From the NCBI RefSeq assembly GCF_963921235.1, contig NC_086109.1, positions 32,676,001 through 32,740,000 of the forward strand: DNA of 64,000 nt. The letters are read 5' to 3'. This DNA comes from Mobula hypostoma (taxonomy: Eukaryota). The number at the start of each line of letters is the position of its first letter. Positions within the stretch are counted from its first letter, which is position 1. This document shows positions 1-12,021 of the stretch, in pieces. The notes under the pieces are model-generated. The model was not told the origin of the DNA. It did no database searches and saw only the letters and a list, made by a program, of their open reading frames with translations. The translations under genes were made by a program, and so were the position numbers.

Positions 1-370
1 AATTACTACCCCTCAACCATCAGGCTCTCGAAACAAATGGGATGATTTCATTCCACTTCACTTGCCCACCATTGAAATGTTCCCATAACCTAGGGACTCA
101 CTTTCAAAGATGCTTCATCTTAAGTTCTCAATATTTTTGCTTCTTTCTTTCTTTTTTATTATTATTATTATTATTATTTTGCATTTGCACAATTTGTTGT
201 CTTCTGCACTATGGATGAACACCCTAACTGGGCAGTCTTTTATTGATTCGGTTATGGTTATTATTCTATAGGTTTATTGAGTATGCCCCAAGAAAATGAT
301 CTCAAGGTTGCGTATGGTGAGACATATGCATATTGCTAATAAATTGACTTTGAACTTTGACCTTTGAACC
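1..370 (+). mobile_element. 3' end of Rex1/Babar-type LINE (truncated by window edge)
   Basis: Colinear with the 3' part of the element at 22240-22932; ends in AATAAA plus a (CTTTGAA)n-like tail. Confidence 0.7.
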
Positions 371-492
371 TGATTTTATTTCACTGTTAATGTTTGAGCC
401 ATGAAGGTTAACAAGTTGGTTGAATGACTGGAGGATATTGACACAGGTAAAACACAAGCCTCATTGTTTTCAAAGCAGACAGAAAGGAAAAT

Positions 493-1570
493 AGAACACA
501 AGAACCCAAGAAAATAGGAGCAAGAATCAGCCATGACCCCTCACTATAATCATGGCTGATTTGCCCCAGTCCTCAACTTCCCTTCTGTGCCAATTCCACA
601 TGGCCCACTATTTCTCTGTCTTTCAAAAAATTATCTGCTTCCTCTTTAAATAGCCTAACAAAATGTCTCTGCCATCTAGAGAGATAAGATTCCAAATACT
701 TACCACCTGCCTTGAGAAACAATTCCTACACCCCTCAGTTTTAAATAATAGCTCCATATCTTCTAACTCAGCCACCCCCCCCCCCCAAAAATGGCTTTCA
801 GTTGTACAGGTGTCTATAATTTGGTTTTATCCATAAATACACAAAAAAAATCACTTGATATGGTAACCATATCTCAGCAGTTTTGTAATGAATGGCATTA
901 GATGCACAGAAAACAATTAAGAAAGAACAATTGCAAAATGTGGAGAGAGGGAGGAGACTAGTTCTGCTGTTTCACACACAAAATGCTGGAGGAATTCAGC
1001 AAGCCATGCAGCATCTAAACAGTCGATGTGATTTCTAGGATCTGCAGAATCTCTGTGTTTGCAAGAAGGAATATCTGTATGTGCAGCAGACTTTGAATTT
1101 AATAAGATTATGGGAGCTCACTCACCGATAGGGTGCCCATAGGTCAAGTGTTCTTAACTAGACGATTGCCTGTACATTCCTTCATTAGACTAGTTGAATC
1201 ATCTACCTATCAACCTATAGAAACATCTCAACATCGACCCTGTCGTGTCTCTTTAGAATCTTTTACATTTCAGTCGGGTCATCCTTCATCTTCTAAACTC
1301 CAAAGAATTCAGATCAAACTTTATCAGATATTCATGATAGGACAACCTATCGTATGAAGAAATGGCTGAGTTAATCTCTTCTACACTGCCCCCGATGCTC
1401 ATATAGTCTTTTCTTAAGAAAGGAGAATATAACTGTATGCTGGGCAGCCTCATCAAAACCTGGCACAATTGTGACCATACATTACTATTTTTAAATTTCA
1501 CACTTTACAATAATGACCTTTATAGGTCTTTTTAATTACAGAGTGCAGTATCATTGCCTTACCTTTTTGT
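493..1570 (-). mobile_element. Highly degraded, interrupted CR1 LINE 3' region
   Basis: Reverse-complement CR1-type tail near 493; residual RT C-terminal text (LEFRR, SPFLRKD) in ORF 1286..1501. Confidence 0.6.
975..1060. repeat. Short Penelope-derived repeat remnant
   Basis: ACACACAAAATGCTGGAGGAATTCAGCA...GCAGCATC matches the 3' UTR of the Penelope copies at 61088-62416 and 62858-63555. Confidence 0.55.
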
Positions 1571-2859
1571 GCTTCAGGTATAGAAAAACCACGTTCCATT
1601 TGTACTCAACTCATTTCCAATTTCCTTCTAATTTTTTTCTGCCTAAGTGCTTGGCCTAACACTTTCCTACACTAAACTCCATTTTTCATTTATTAACGCA
1701 TTTAATAAAGAGACGTATTTTCCGGAAGTATACACTCCCAGACAGTGCAGATCAACCAGACAGAACAAGCAGCAGTTTGGAAAAATAATTCCTCAAAATC
1801 TTCCAAAGAAACATAAGGTCTTACCTTTTAACAGCATTGATGTTACACTTGCGTATTGATGCAAATATTGAACTGGAACATACTGTTCTACATTAATTAT
1901 TATTTAAAAATGATACAATAGAGAAGAGACTGGCATTAAAAGACGGGCATGACAAGTGCCCGTCAATGGGATGGCACAGCTGGAGCGAGAGCCAATTAAA
2001 ATTGTATATTTTAAATTTGCTTCTTTTGTGCACAATGGATGTTTTTTAAATATAAAAGTCTGTTTCTATGGTAACAGAGCATTCGTCATCCAATCACGAT
2101 CCCTTTAGAAAAATTTCTCCTTTTCTGTACACCTTTTACTTAAGATACTCCAGAGACTAATGAACTCTTGAACTTTTTGATTTCTGTCTGTCTCAGTGAA
2201 ACAAACTGATTGGCAAACAGTCATTTCAGCTCTAACCTGTGCTGTTCACTAGAAGGTTCCCACACATTTGCACCATCGTCCAAGGGCAGTACTTAATCAG
2301 CACAGGAAGTGGTATAAACCTTTGCAGAGGCCACAAACCATTCCCTTCAAAGACTGAATATGTTCAAGATGTTCCCACACCATGAAGTGAAACGAGAAAA
2401 TTGCGTGCAACTGTCTGCTATCTGCAATCAATGTGAAACATCAGCTTAGCAGTTACTGGAGGCATCTGTCTGTTGAATATAGAAAGCACCGTAATACTTT
2501 TTATGCACATTTTTAATACATTTGTTTCAGCTGCTGCAAGAAAAAATACTTTACAATATGGGGAAAAGCATGTAACGATGAATTAAATACTTGAAAATTT
2601 GTAAATACTCAGCAAGTCAGACAGCATCCACAGAGAGTGAAACTGATAAGGCTTCATTTCTGTTTGAATAAAAGTTGCATGTTAAATCTCCACAAAATAT
2701 TTCTCAAACCACAGATGCTGTGTGATCTGCAGCTCTTTCCAGCCATTAAAAAAAAATTTCCAGATATCCAGGATCCACAGTATTTTATTTTCAAAGGAAG
2801 GCTTACTTAGAAGATAGAGCAACAATAAATGGGATTTCTGGATTGACAAGCCCAGCTCT

Positions 2860-3772
2860 TCACAATGCTTAGCAATGGCTTAGATAGACAGATAAACTTG
2901 CTAGAGAGGAAAGTAAGGTGTGAGGAGAACGCAAATTTGATTGCAAACTAATATGGAGAGGTTAAGTGAGCAGGCAAGCGTTTGTGAGATGGGTACAATG
3001 TGGGAAAATATGAGATTACCCACTTTGCAGAAGAAAGCTTGCAAAAACAGTAGGATATTGTTTAAACGGATGAGACCAAGAATGCTGCAGGATACAAGAA
3101 CCTGGCTGTTCTAATACGTGACACACAGAGAGTTAATATGCAGTTACAACAAGTAATTAGGAAGGCAAATGGAATTTTAGCCCTTATTGAGAAGGGCTAT
3201 TGCATATTGCAAAATATGAAAGTTGACTAGAATTGTTGTAACTGAACAGGTTGTTGGTAAGACTGCATGTAGTGGTTTCAGTTACTATATTTAACCTGAG
3301 GGATATTCACATTGGAAAGAGCTTGGTAAAGGTTCATGACATTCATTTCTGGTTTAAGGCATTGAGTAGGCAGGACTGACACAATGGAGTTTAGAACAAT
3401 GAGAGAAACACATTCAGTACTTACCTTTGGAATATGCATGATTCAGAAGGGACTTGGCAAGGTAGATGTTGAGATGATATTTCCCCTATGGGGGTCTCCA
3501 GAACAAGAGGATAACATGTTACCCACTCGAGATGGAGACAGGGAGCAAGTTAATCTCCTACATGATTGTGAATCTCTGAAATTTCTAACCTGAAGGATGA
3601 GACATTGAGCACACCGAAGGCTGATCAGAAGACATGCTGTAGAAGAGTCGATAATTACAGAAAAAAATGGAACAGAGGCCAATATCACATTGCTCTGATG
3701 TTATTGAACGGCAAAGCTGGCTGAGGAGTTAATTTGACTCCTTCTGCTCATCTTTATTATGTTCTTATGTTC
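2860..3772 (+). mobile_element. Old degraded CR1 LINE (RT C-terminal half plus tail)
   Basis: Colinear with CR1 ORF2 3' half; TTATGTTCTTATGTTC tail near 3757-3772. Confidence 0.65.
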
Positions 3773-3889
3773 TAAAAGTGACCATAGTTATTACTTTAGT
3801 AGAAGGGAAAGAAAAAGAGTATTTTTCCCCATCAGCAAGCAACTAGTAGGTATCGGTATCGAGAGTTACGTAGATATAAAATAGGACAA

Positions 3890-5225
3890 AGGTAGGACAA
3901 AGTCAGCATGGTTTCCTTAAGGGAAAATCTTACCTGACGAAACCGTTGGAATTCTTTGAGGAGATTACAAGTAGGATAGATAAAGGGGATGTAGTGGATG
4001 TTATATATTTGGACTTCCAGAAGGCCTTTGACATGGTGCCACACATGAGGCTGCTTACCAAGTTAAGAGCCAATGGTATTACAGGAAAGTTATTAACATG
4101 TTTAGAGCATTGGCTGATTGGTAGAAAGCAGTGAGTGGGAATAAAAGGATCCTTGTCTGGTTAGCAGCCAGTGACTAGTGGTGTTCTGCAGGGGTTAGTA
4201 TTGGGGCCGCTTCTTTTCCGCTGTATATCAATGATTAGATGATAGAATAGATGGTTTTGTTGCCAAGTTTGCTGATGTAACGAAGATTGGTGGAGGGGCA
4301 GGTAGTGTTGAGGAAACAGGTAGACTGCAGAAGAACATAGATAGATTAAGAGAGTGGGCATGAAAGTGGCAAATCAAACACAGTGTTGGAAAATGCATGG
4401 TCATGCTCTTTGGTTGTAGAAATAAATGTGCGGACTATTTTCTAAATGGGGAGAAAATCCAAAAATCTGAGATGCAAAGGGACTTGGGAGTCCTTGTGCA
4501 GAGCATCCCAAAGGTTAACTTGCAGGTTGAGTCGGTGGTGAGGAGGCAAATGCTATGTTAGCATTCATTTCAAGAGGTCTAGAATACAAGAGCAGGGATG
4601 CAATGCTGAGGCTTTATAAGGCACTGGTGAGGCCTCACCTTGAGTATTGTGAACAGTTTTGGGCTCCTCATATAAGAAAAGAGGAAGATATCCTGAGGCT
4701 GGTCTTGGAAAGGATTCAGAGGTGGGTCACAAGGATGATTCCGGGAATGAAAGGCTTATCATACGAGGAACGTTTGATGGCTCTGCATCTGTACTTGCTG
4801 GAATTCAGAAGGATGAGGGGGGAGATCTCATTGAAACTTTTTGAATGTTGAAAGGCCTAGACAGAGTAGATGTGGAAAGGATGTTTCTCATGGTGGGGGA
4901 GTCTAGGACAAGAGAGCACAGCCTTAGGATAGAGGGGTGTCCATTTAAAACAGAAATGTGGAGAAATTTCTTTCACCAGAGGGTGGTGAATTTGTGGAAT
5001 TTGTTACCACAGGCAGCTGTGGAGGCCAGGTCATTGGGTATATTTAAGGCGGAGATTGATAGGTTCTTGACTGGACATGGCATCAAAGGTTACGGGGAGA
5101 AGGCTTGGGAATGGGGTTGAGGAGGGGAAGAAAGGATCAGCCATGATTGAATGGTGGAGCAGACTTGATGGGCCAAATGGTTTCATTCTGCTCCTACGTA
5201 TTATGGTCGTATGCTCTTATATGCT
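3890..5225 (+). mobile_element. 5'-truncated CR1 LINE with RT pseudogene
   Basis: ORF pieces YLDFQKAFD, LVRPHLEYCEQFWAPH, FFHQRVVNLWN; TATGG-type tail. Confidence 0.9.
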
Positions 5226-5353
5226 GGTTCATGAAATGCAACAAATATGCAGGTACAGCGTATAATGGAGAAGGCAAGATACGTGTTAGCTCTTATTACA
5301 AGGAGATTGGAGTACAAATGCAAAGAAGACAGACCGGAATAGCATAAGGTTTT

Positions 5354-5850
5354 AGATAGATAGATATACTTTATTAATCCCGGGGGAAATTTGGTTTCGT
5401 TACAGCCACACCAACCAAGAATAGAGCGTAAATATAGCAATACAAAATCCCCAACAATCAAACACCAAAATACAAACTATGCCAGATGGAAAATAAGTCC
5501 AGGACCAGTCTATTGGCTCAGGGTGTTTGACCCTCCACAGGAAGAGCTGCATGTTCGATGGCCACAGACAGGAACGACCGCCCAGTGTTGTATCACGGTC
5601 GAATATGGCCGAAGTCCAACAGTAAGAAGTTCAGTATCCAGTCTGCAAACATGTTCCTTGATCGTAATATACCCCGGATTGCACCATCCGTTGTTAGCCA
5701 GAACAGTAAGCACCCAATTCCTTTACGCTTACCGCTCTCAGTGCACTTCCGGTCAGCCGGAACGTTATTACCCATTGAACTCCTCTTCTCCAAAAGTCTC
5801 TGTTGTCTTGACCCGGTCCTCTTTCCTCGATGCGATACAAAGCCAATGAA
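5354..5850 (-). mobile_element. Non-autonomous, internally deleted Rex/Babar-type LINE (copy 1)
   Basis: APE endonuclease fragment (NNGWCNPGYITIKEHVC..VGLRPY) joined directly to the 3' UTR; AATAAA and (ATCT)n tail; homologous to 24812-25678. Confidence 0.75.
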
Positions 5851-5869
5851 ATGCATTTAGCATCTGACC

Positions 5870-6475
5870 AGAAATGCAAAGGATAGTGTTATTTACAAAA
5901 TAACTGCAAATAAAAAAAGTGCTACAGCACACAAATATAAAAGTACTGAGACAGTACAATACAGATGCAATACTGCTTAGCGCTGTGATGAGAGGTTCAG
6001 CAGTGTCACAGCCTCAGGGAAGAAGCTCTTCCTGTGCCTGCTGGTGCGGGATCGGAGGCTCCTGTAGCGCCTACCGGATGGGAGGAGAGTAAAAAGTCCA
6101 TGGTTGGGGTGTGATGCATCCCTAATAATGCTTTTCCCCTGATAATGCTTTTCGTCCTGCCCAGGCAGCATTTATGGTAGATGTTCTCAATGGTGGGCAA
6201 TTGGGTGCCGATAATCTGCTGGGGAGTTTTCACCACACGCTGGAGTGCTTTGCGGTCCGATACAGGCAACTGCCATACCACACTGAGATGCAGTTGGTGA
6301 GTATGCTCTCAATGGTACAGCGGTAAAAGTCCGTCAGTATCCTGGGACAGAGGTGAGCTTTCTTGATGCTCCGCAGGAAATAAAGGCGCTGTTGCACCTT
6401 TTTGATCAGGATGGAGGAGCTCAGGGACCAGGTGAGATTCTCGGAAATGTGGACACCAAGGAATTTGAAGCTGAC
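5870..6475 (-). mobile_element. Rex1/Babar-type LINE RT C-terminal fragment
   Basis: FKFLGVHISENLTW..KKVQQRLYFLR..FYRCTIESILT..VWYG; LLPSGRRYRSLR..SFFPEAV. Confidence 0.85.
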
Positions 6476-6675
6476 ATGGCAGTGGGGGCAGAAGAATGCT
6501 GCAACAGTGAAGGGTCTCCAGTCATACTGCATATCATGCCATTGCTCCCTGTGACCTATGAAGAACCTTGTGGTGGTTGCCTGTGAATCAGCCTCCCCTC
6601 GTTAAACAGACGCATTCTCCTCAGGAGGATATCATACCCACCTTAAGTGATTACTCTATTATTACTAGTACACTT

Positions 6676-7557
6676 TGTTACGTACCCCATAACTGGGTTG
6701 CCAAACCAGCAGAAATGGATCATTCAGTTGGAGTCTGGATTACTAGAACTAAGAAAGTTTTATAAAGAAACAAGCAACACAGCACTCTAATCAAAAGGAT
6801 AATAAATGCAACAGTTCAGCAATGATAAACACACATGTACACAGAATTAAGATAACAGAATCAATCAAGCTCTATCGTTGTCTAAGGGTAAATGACCAGT
6901 TTCAAAGTGACGCAAAGTTCAGTTCAGTTCGCAGTAATCGCTGCCGTGGCAATGGACAGTGGGGGGGAAGGGGAGAGAGAGCAAAACGAATGAATATTCA
7001 AGGCTTCCACACAGACCTTCGACATTCTTCTCAGTCAGCTTTCGTGCGAGCCTTTTGTGATGTCATCTGAGGTCACCGACCGTGACCCCTCCGTTTCCAG
7101 ATACGATCGTTTCTCTGCGGTGAACCTGGCACCCAGGCAAGGGTGGACACACACCAGGTTCCCGCCGATCGTGCCTTTCCACCCTGTGTGTCTATGGCTT
7201 GTCCCGCGGCCAGCCGTCCAAGACTTCCCACCGACTTGTGGGAGACGCATCGCTTCCAGGGTCTCGTTACCTTGGGGTGTCGTGTGTGTCTTGCCTTAGC
7301 GAACCTGTCCCTTTTTATCCCCCTGCTGGGGTATCGCCTGTCCATCACTTCAAACAGTTCAGGGTTCAAAAGGGGAGCTGATCTTGACAGCTCTCCTTCC
7401 GTTAAACTCTCCCGTCCCTTCATTAACATCTCCAAATGCTGCTCCATTGTTTTCCTTATCTCTCTCTCTCCTGAAGACAGGTGGCAGACCAACTGCTGAT
7501 CCCACTGGTGCCAGCCCAGGCCAGCTAACATCTTAATCTATGTGTATTCTCGTCACA
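6676..7557 (-). mobile_element. Solo LTR (882 bp), Gypsy-like
   Basis: TGTTACG...CGTCACA termini; perfect 4-bp TSD ACTT (6672-6675 and 7558-7561); strand inferred from a TATA-like GGGATAAAAAGGG on minus near 7310-7322. Confidence 0.85.
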
Positions 7558-7964
7558 ACTTGAAGGCTGATTAGAAAGAATCTGAGATGTAATTTCTTCA
7601 AGGTGGGAAGTGTGTGCATTAGTGCTGGGGGTAGGACAAAAAGAGAAGAAAATACCTTACGCAGAAAATATTGTAAATCTTTGGAAACAGTCTTCTGGAG
7701 GGCTGGAGATGCTCATTCACAGGGCACAATCAAGGTTGAGATCAATCATGTTTCATTTGTTACTGAGGAAATCAAGGGCCATGATGATTAGGAAGGAAGT
7801 TGACTTGAGTTAGATTGGTGATGTACGACTTACTGGGTAGCGTCAGACTGGCAATATGAAACACTTCCTATGACCACTCATAGAAGCAAATTTTATTCTA
7901 ACCATCCGTAACCAGATACTGATAAATTTAGTTACATCTATGCAGCAACAAAATTCACAGGTTA

Positions 7965-8845
7965 TAAAGTCATAGAGCCATAGAAAAGTACAGCACAGAA
8001 ATATGCCCTTTGGCCCATCTAGTCTGTGCTGAATCATTGCCTAGTTGCTTCGACCTGCACCCAGACCACAGCCATCCATATCCCTCGTATCCATGCACCT
8101 ATCTAAACTTCTCTTAAACATTGAAGTCAAGCTTGCATGCATCACTTGCACTGGCAGCTCATTTCACACTCTCATGACCCTCAGTGAAGAAGTTTCATCT
8201 CATGTTCCCTTTAAACCTTTCACCTTTCACCCTTTACTCATAATCTCTCATTGTAGTCCCCATCAACCTCATTGGAAAAAACCTGCTTGCATTTACCCTA
8301 TCTATACCCCTCATATTTTATATATCTCTATTAAATCTCCCCTCAATCTTCTACGTTCCAAGGAACAAACTGCTAACCTAATCAATCTTTCCATATAGCT
8401 CAGGTCCCCCAGACCCAGCAACTCTTTCAACCTTATTTACATCTTTACTGTAGGTAGGTGACCAAAACTGCATACAATACTCTAAATTAGGTCACAACGT
8501 CTTATACAACATAACATCCCATCTCCTGTACTCAGTGCTTTGATTTATGATGGCTAATGTACCAAAAGCTTTCTTTATGACCCTATCTACCTGTGCTGCC
8601 ACTTTCAATGACTTTTGGACCTGTATTCCCAGATCCCTTTGTTCTACCACTCTCTTCAGTGTCCTTCCATTCACTGTATAAGACCTACTGAAATAAAACA
8701 CCCCACACTTGTCTGCATTAATTTCCATCTGCCATTTTTCAGCCCATTTTTACAGCTGGTCCAGATCCCACTGCAAGTTTTGATAATCTTCCTCACTGTC
8801 CACTACACCCCCAATCTTGGTGTCATTCACAAATTTGTTGAGCCA
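7965..8845 (-). mobile_element. 5'-truncated CR1 LINE
   Basis: DKCGVFYF..QRDLGIQV..KKAFGTL; CTATGACT/CTATGGCT tail near 7965-7985. Confidence 0.85.
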
Positions 8846-9043
8846 GTTTACGTACAATTTGTGAATTTTAAAGTGTTCAGTACTTTACAAATTAAGTTAC
8901 ATTTTAATTATTAGAATGCTAAAATACTAGATATCTTGTATTCTCTGCTCTCCTCAATAACAGTTCCCCTTATCGAGTCTCTGCCACTCGTTCCATCTCC
9001 CTACGGCCATTCACAAATTAACAATGGAAACCTTTAACATCCT

Positions 9044-9638
9044 TGTTGTTGTGTGAATGAAATCACCGGAGAGAGAGTTACTGGTAGATACAAAGCAGCT
9101 ACCTTATTCAACAAGACAAGGTAGAGCAGGCATACGGAGACCCTTTCAGTGGAAAGGTCTGCTGGCCTAGTGTGGATGCTAAACACAAAGGGCAATTCAT
9201 ATTTACAAAGTATAGACAATACTTTCTTTTGAAGCAACATACAAAACTTCATACCTTCTGATTACATTCATCCCACCAGTGCCAGCAGCATCTGGACTGG
9301 TATTCAGGAATCCCTTGTTCCAAACTGAATCCACAATACACTTATTTGGTATTTTACATGCTAAACATGAAGGACGTTATCTATATTACAAAGTATAGAT
9401 AATGCTGTCTTTGAAACTGCATGCAAACCTTACAGCTGGTTTACATCCATCCCACAGGCACCAGCAGCATTTGGACTGGTATTCCGGTATTCACAGCTTT
9501 TAGGAAATGCATTGTTACAAATGGACTGGGATTCTGAAATTCACAGCTTTTAGGAAATGCATTGTCAAGGAACAGAAGACTGGCGGCTGAAGCCATTTGC
9601 TAAACGTTAATGACCTAAACCCAAAGATTATTCTAACA
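9044..9638 (-). repeat. 3' LTR
   Basis: TG...CA termini; roughly 93% identical to 13847-14443 (by-eye count over the first ~250 bp); abuts the PPT. Confidence 0.9.
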
Positions 9639-9652
9639 GCCCCTCCTCTTGG
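9639..9652 (-). promoter_or_regulatory. Polypurine tract
   Basis: CCAAGAGGAGGGGC on minus, immediately 5' of the 3' LTR. Confidence 0.85.
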
Positions 9653-10401
9653 CCTTCCTGGACAAAAATAAATTTGTACCAGGAAAGGCCAACCTAGGAG
9701 GATCTACTGAAATAGGGCTGCAAAAATGCCCTGCCTCGAAATACACCCCCCCCCCAATATTTTATATCTACCCTAGCATTCCCTAATCGCTACCTACCAA
9801 ATATTAAGCAGAGAGGCTGTTCCAGAAATTTGAACAAGTCTTTAGAAATGCGGCTTCTTTCGTGTGCCTGTTGGCTTTTTCACTGCAGGCTGATTGCAGC
9901 TTAATCACATTCCTTTATCTTCACTCCTTCATTCTCTAGCCACTGAAACTCTCTTTCCAGGAGCACCCACAGGTTCTCTCATTGATGTATAGGAAGGGGT
10001 TGGGGTGGCCTCTACGTAAGTGTCTGCAAGGACCTCTCCCCAGTGGCACCACCTTCCGAACTGTCCTGGTGATCACTGGCCCAACTGCTGAAAGGACCCA
10101 GCTCCTCAGACTGTGGGTGACTGCTTTCAGATGCCGTGTGCCGCATGCCATCGAAATTGTGGAACTTGCCGTCTCTGCTTTAACTTAAAAATCCCTCCCC
10201 ATCTTTTTTCCAATATTTTTCTATTCTATGCTATTAAACTAATCATCTACCTTCAGCTGCCAGCCTTCTTTACAGAGTACCATCATCATCACACTTTAGC
10301 AGGCTATTCATGGTTTTCCAACACGTTCTCAGTGTCTTCTGCCATGGTCTCAGTATTTTCTGCCTTTGCGTTTTCTCCGGGTATGTTTTCATCAGCTGTG
10401 G

Positions 10402-11753
10402 TCAGGTCTGGCATGGCCCGCTGGTGTTCCTTAGGTTCTCTGTAATTACATGGCTACTGGGTACACTTGGTTCCCCGCCCTGTCTGTGGGAGCAACAAGA
10501 GGGTGAGTTGTGTGCTTTAACCTGAGTCCAGTGTTTCCACTGGCTGCCTCGTCGAGTCTGTACACAGACACACGTATCATTGGTTAAGAGTACCGTCTGT
10601 GGTCCTATCCACTTGGGGGCAAACCCTGGCCTTTCCGGCAGCACCCTCACCATGACTTGGTTGCCGGGCTGTGGAAGGACTATCCCTTTCCCTCTGGCTC
10701 TCTCTGATCAGCGATTCGCTGCTGTTGTTTCGCTCAGTCCTTCAACACTTTAAGTTGGTTACAAAGGTCTTACACATATTGTGTCATTCTATCCCTGTAA
10801 GCCCCCGGTTCCCCGCAACCTGTAATTACCCCATAAGGGAGTCGCATTGCTCGCCCCATCAATAATTCGTAGGGGCTGAGACCCAACGTGCGGTTCGAGG
10901 TTGCGCGCAATCTCATCAGGATTCTTGGTAATACATCAACCCATGTCTTTCCTGTCTCAGCTATAGCTTTGGCTAATGCACTCTTGATTGTTCGGTTCAT
11001 CCTTTCTACCATCCCTGAACTCTGGGGGTGGTGGAGTACATGGAACCGTTGTTGAATCCTTCGCAGTCGACACATTTCCTTCATCACTTTCCCTGTGAAA
11101 TGTGCTCCCTGATCTGAATCCACCTGAACTGGGGTTCCCCACCTTGGGAGGATTTCCTGAACTAGGATCCATGCAGCGGTGCTGGCAGCGCAGTCCCTTG
11201 TTGGGAAAACCCCTGCACACCAGGTGAAGTGATCCATAATTACTAGACAGTAGCTTTTCCCTGTGCTTTTTGGCAGGGGCCCTGTGAAGTCTATCTGGAT
11301 GTTTTCTCAGCATCCCCTCGGCCGAGGTTGATTTGCCAGCTGTAGCTTTCTGCCCTTACCAGGGTTATGCTGGGCACAAATGATACAACGGTGGCAGAAT
11401 TTCTCAACATCCCCCGCCCAGCCCCTGGCCACCACCAGTCCTGCCAGTGGGTTGTGATCATGCTCTGCCTTCCCTGATGCATCACCCCATGATATAACTT
11501 TAGTAGTTTCTGTCTAATACAGGGTGGGGCCACCGTGACTCTTTCCTCCCCCATGTGTCCAGCACCCATCTGGTCCCTCCTTTGCTCCTTTTCTCCTCCA
11601 TTTTTCCTTCTCTTCTGTCTCCACCTCTTCATATAATTTTACTAAACTGGCTTCTCTCCTCCCTTCCTGCATACTTGCAATTTCAATTGCCTCTTGTTCC
11701 TCTGCTGCCTTCCTCGCAGCGACATCTGCCCACTCACTTCCCTTCCATTTCAT
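10402..11753 (-). pseudogene. pol: pol 3' part: RNase H C-terminus plus integrase (frameshifted)
   Basis: GSEWADVAARKAA (RNase H end); YHGVMHQG...CxxC zinc domain; DFTGPLP; DSDQGAHF; HPQSSGMVERMN; GLSPYELLMGR; C-terminal PKWIGPQTVLL..WKHWTQVK. Confidence 0.9.
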
Positions 11754-11799
11754 GCTCTCACCTTTCAGGTATTTTTGTTCCTTCGCTATACCCTGAAAC

Positions 11800-12021
11800 G
11801 GTGGTCAGTGTGTCAGTTTGTATAGGGTACTGCTTCTGGGCTTTTAACAGACCGTCCTCTATTTTAACTGGGCCTATCTTTACTCGACCACAATCTTGCT
11901 TGTGTGTAGCCCACACTGCTGGGAACTGCTGACAAGGTAACCCATAGACCCCATCCGGGCTGCAGTCTCTGGTGATTGTGGCGGCTGCGACCAGGTTGTG
12001 TATTCTGTTGTTTGTATGTGT
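11800..12021 (-). pseudogene. pol: N-terminal stub of reverse transcriptase
   Basis: Manual translation in the protease frame gives FPAVWATHKQDCGRVKIGPVKIEDGLLKAQKQYPI, then RT similarity stops; no YxDD seen in the element. Confidence 0.75.

Noticed and set aside
7057..7531. Several ORFs up to 152 aa
   Set aside because: Lie inside a GC-rich solo LTR; no domain motifs
9653..10400. env gene
   Set aside because: No signal peptide, furin site, CX6CC or transmembrane segment seen; interval too short
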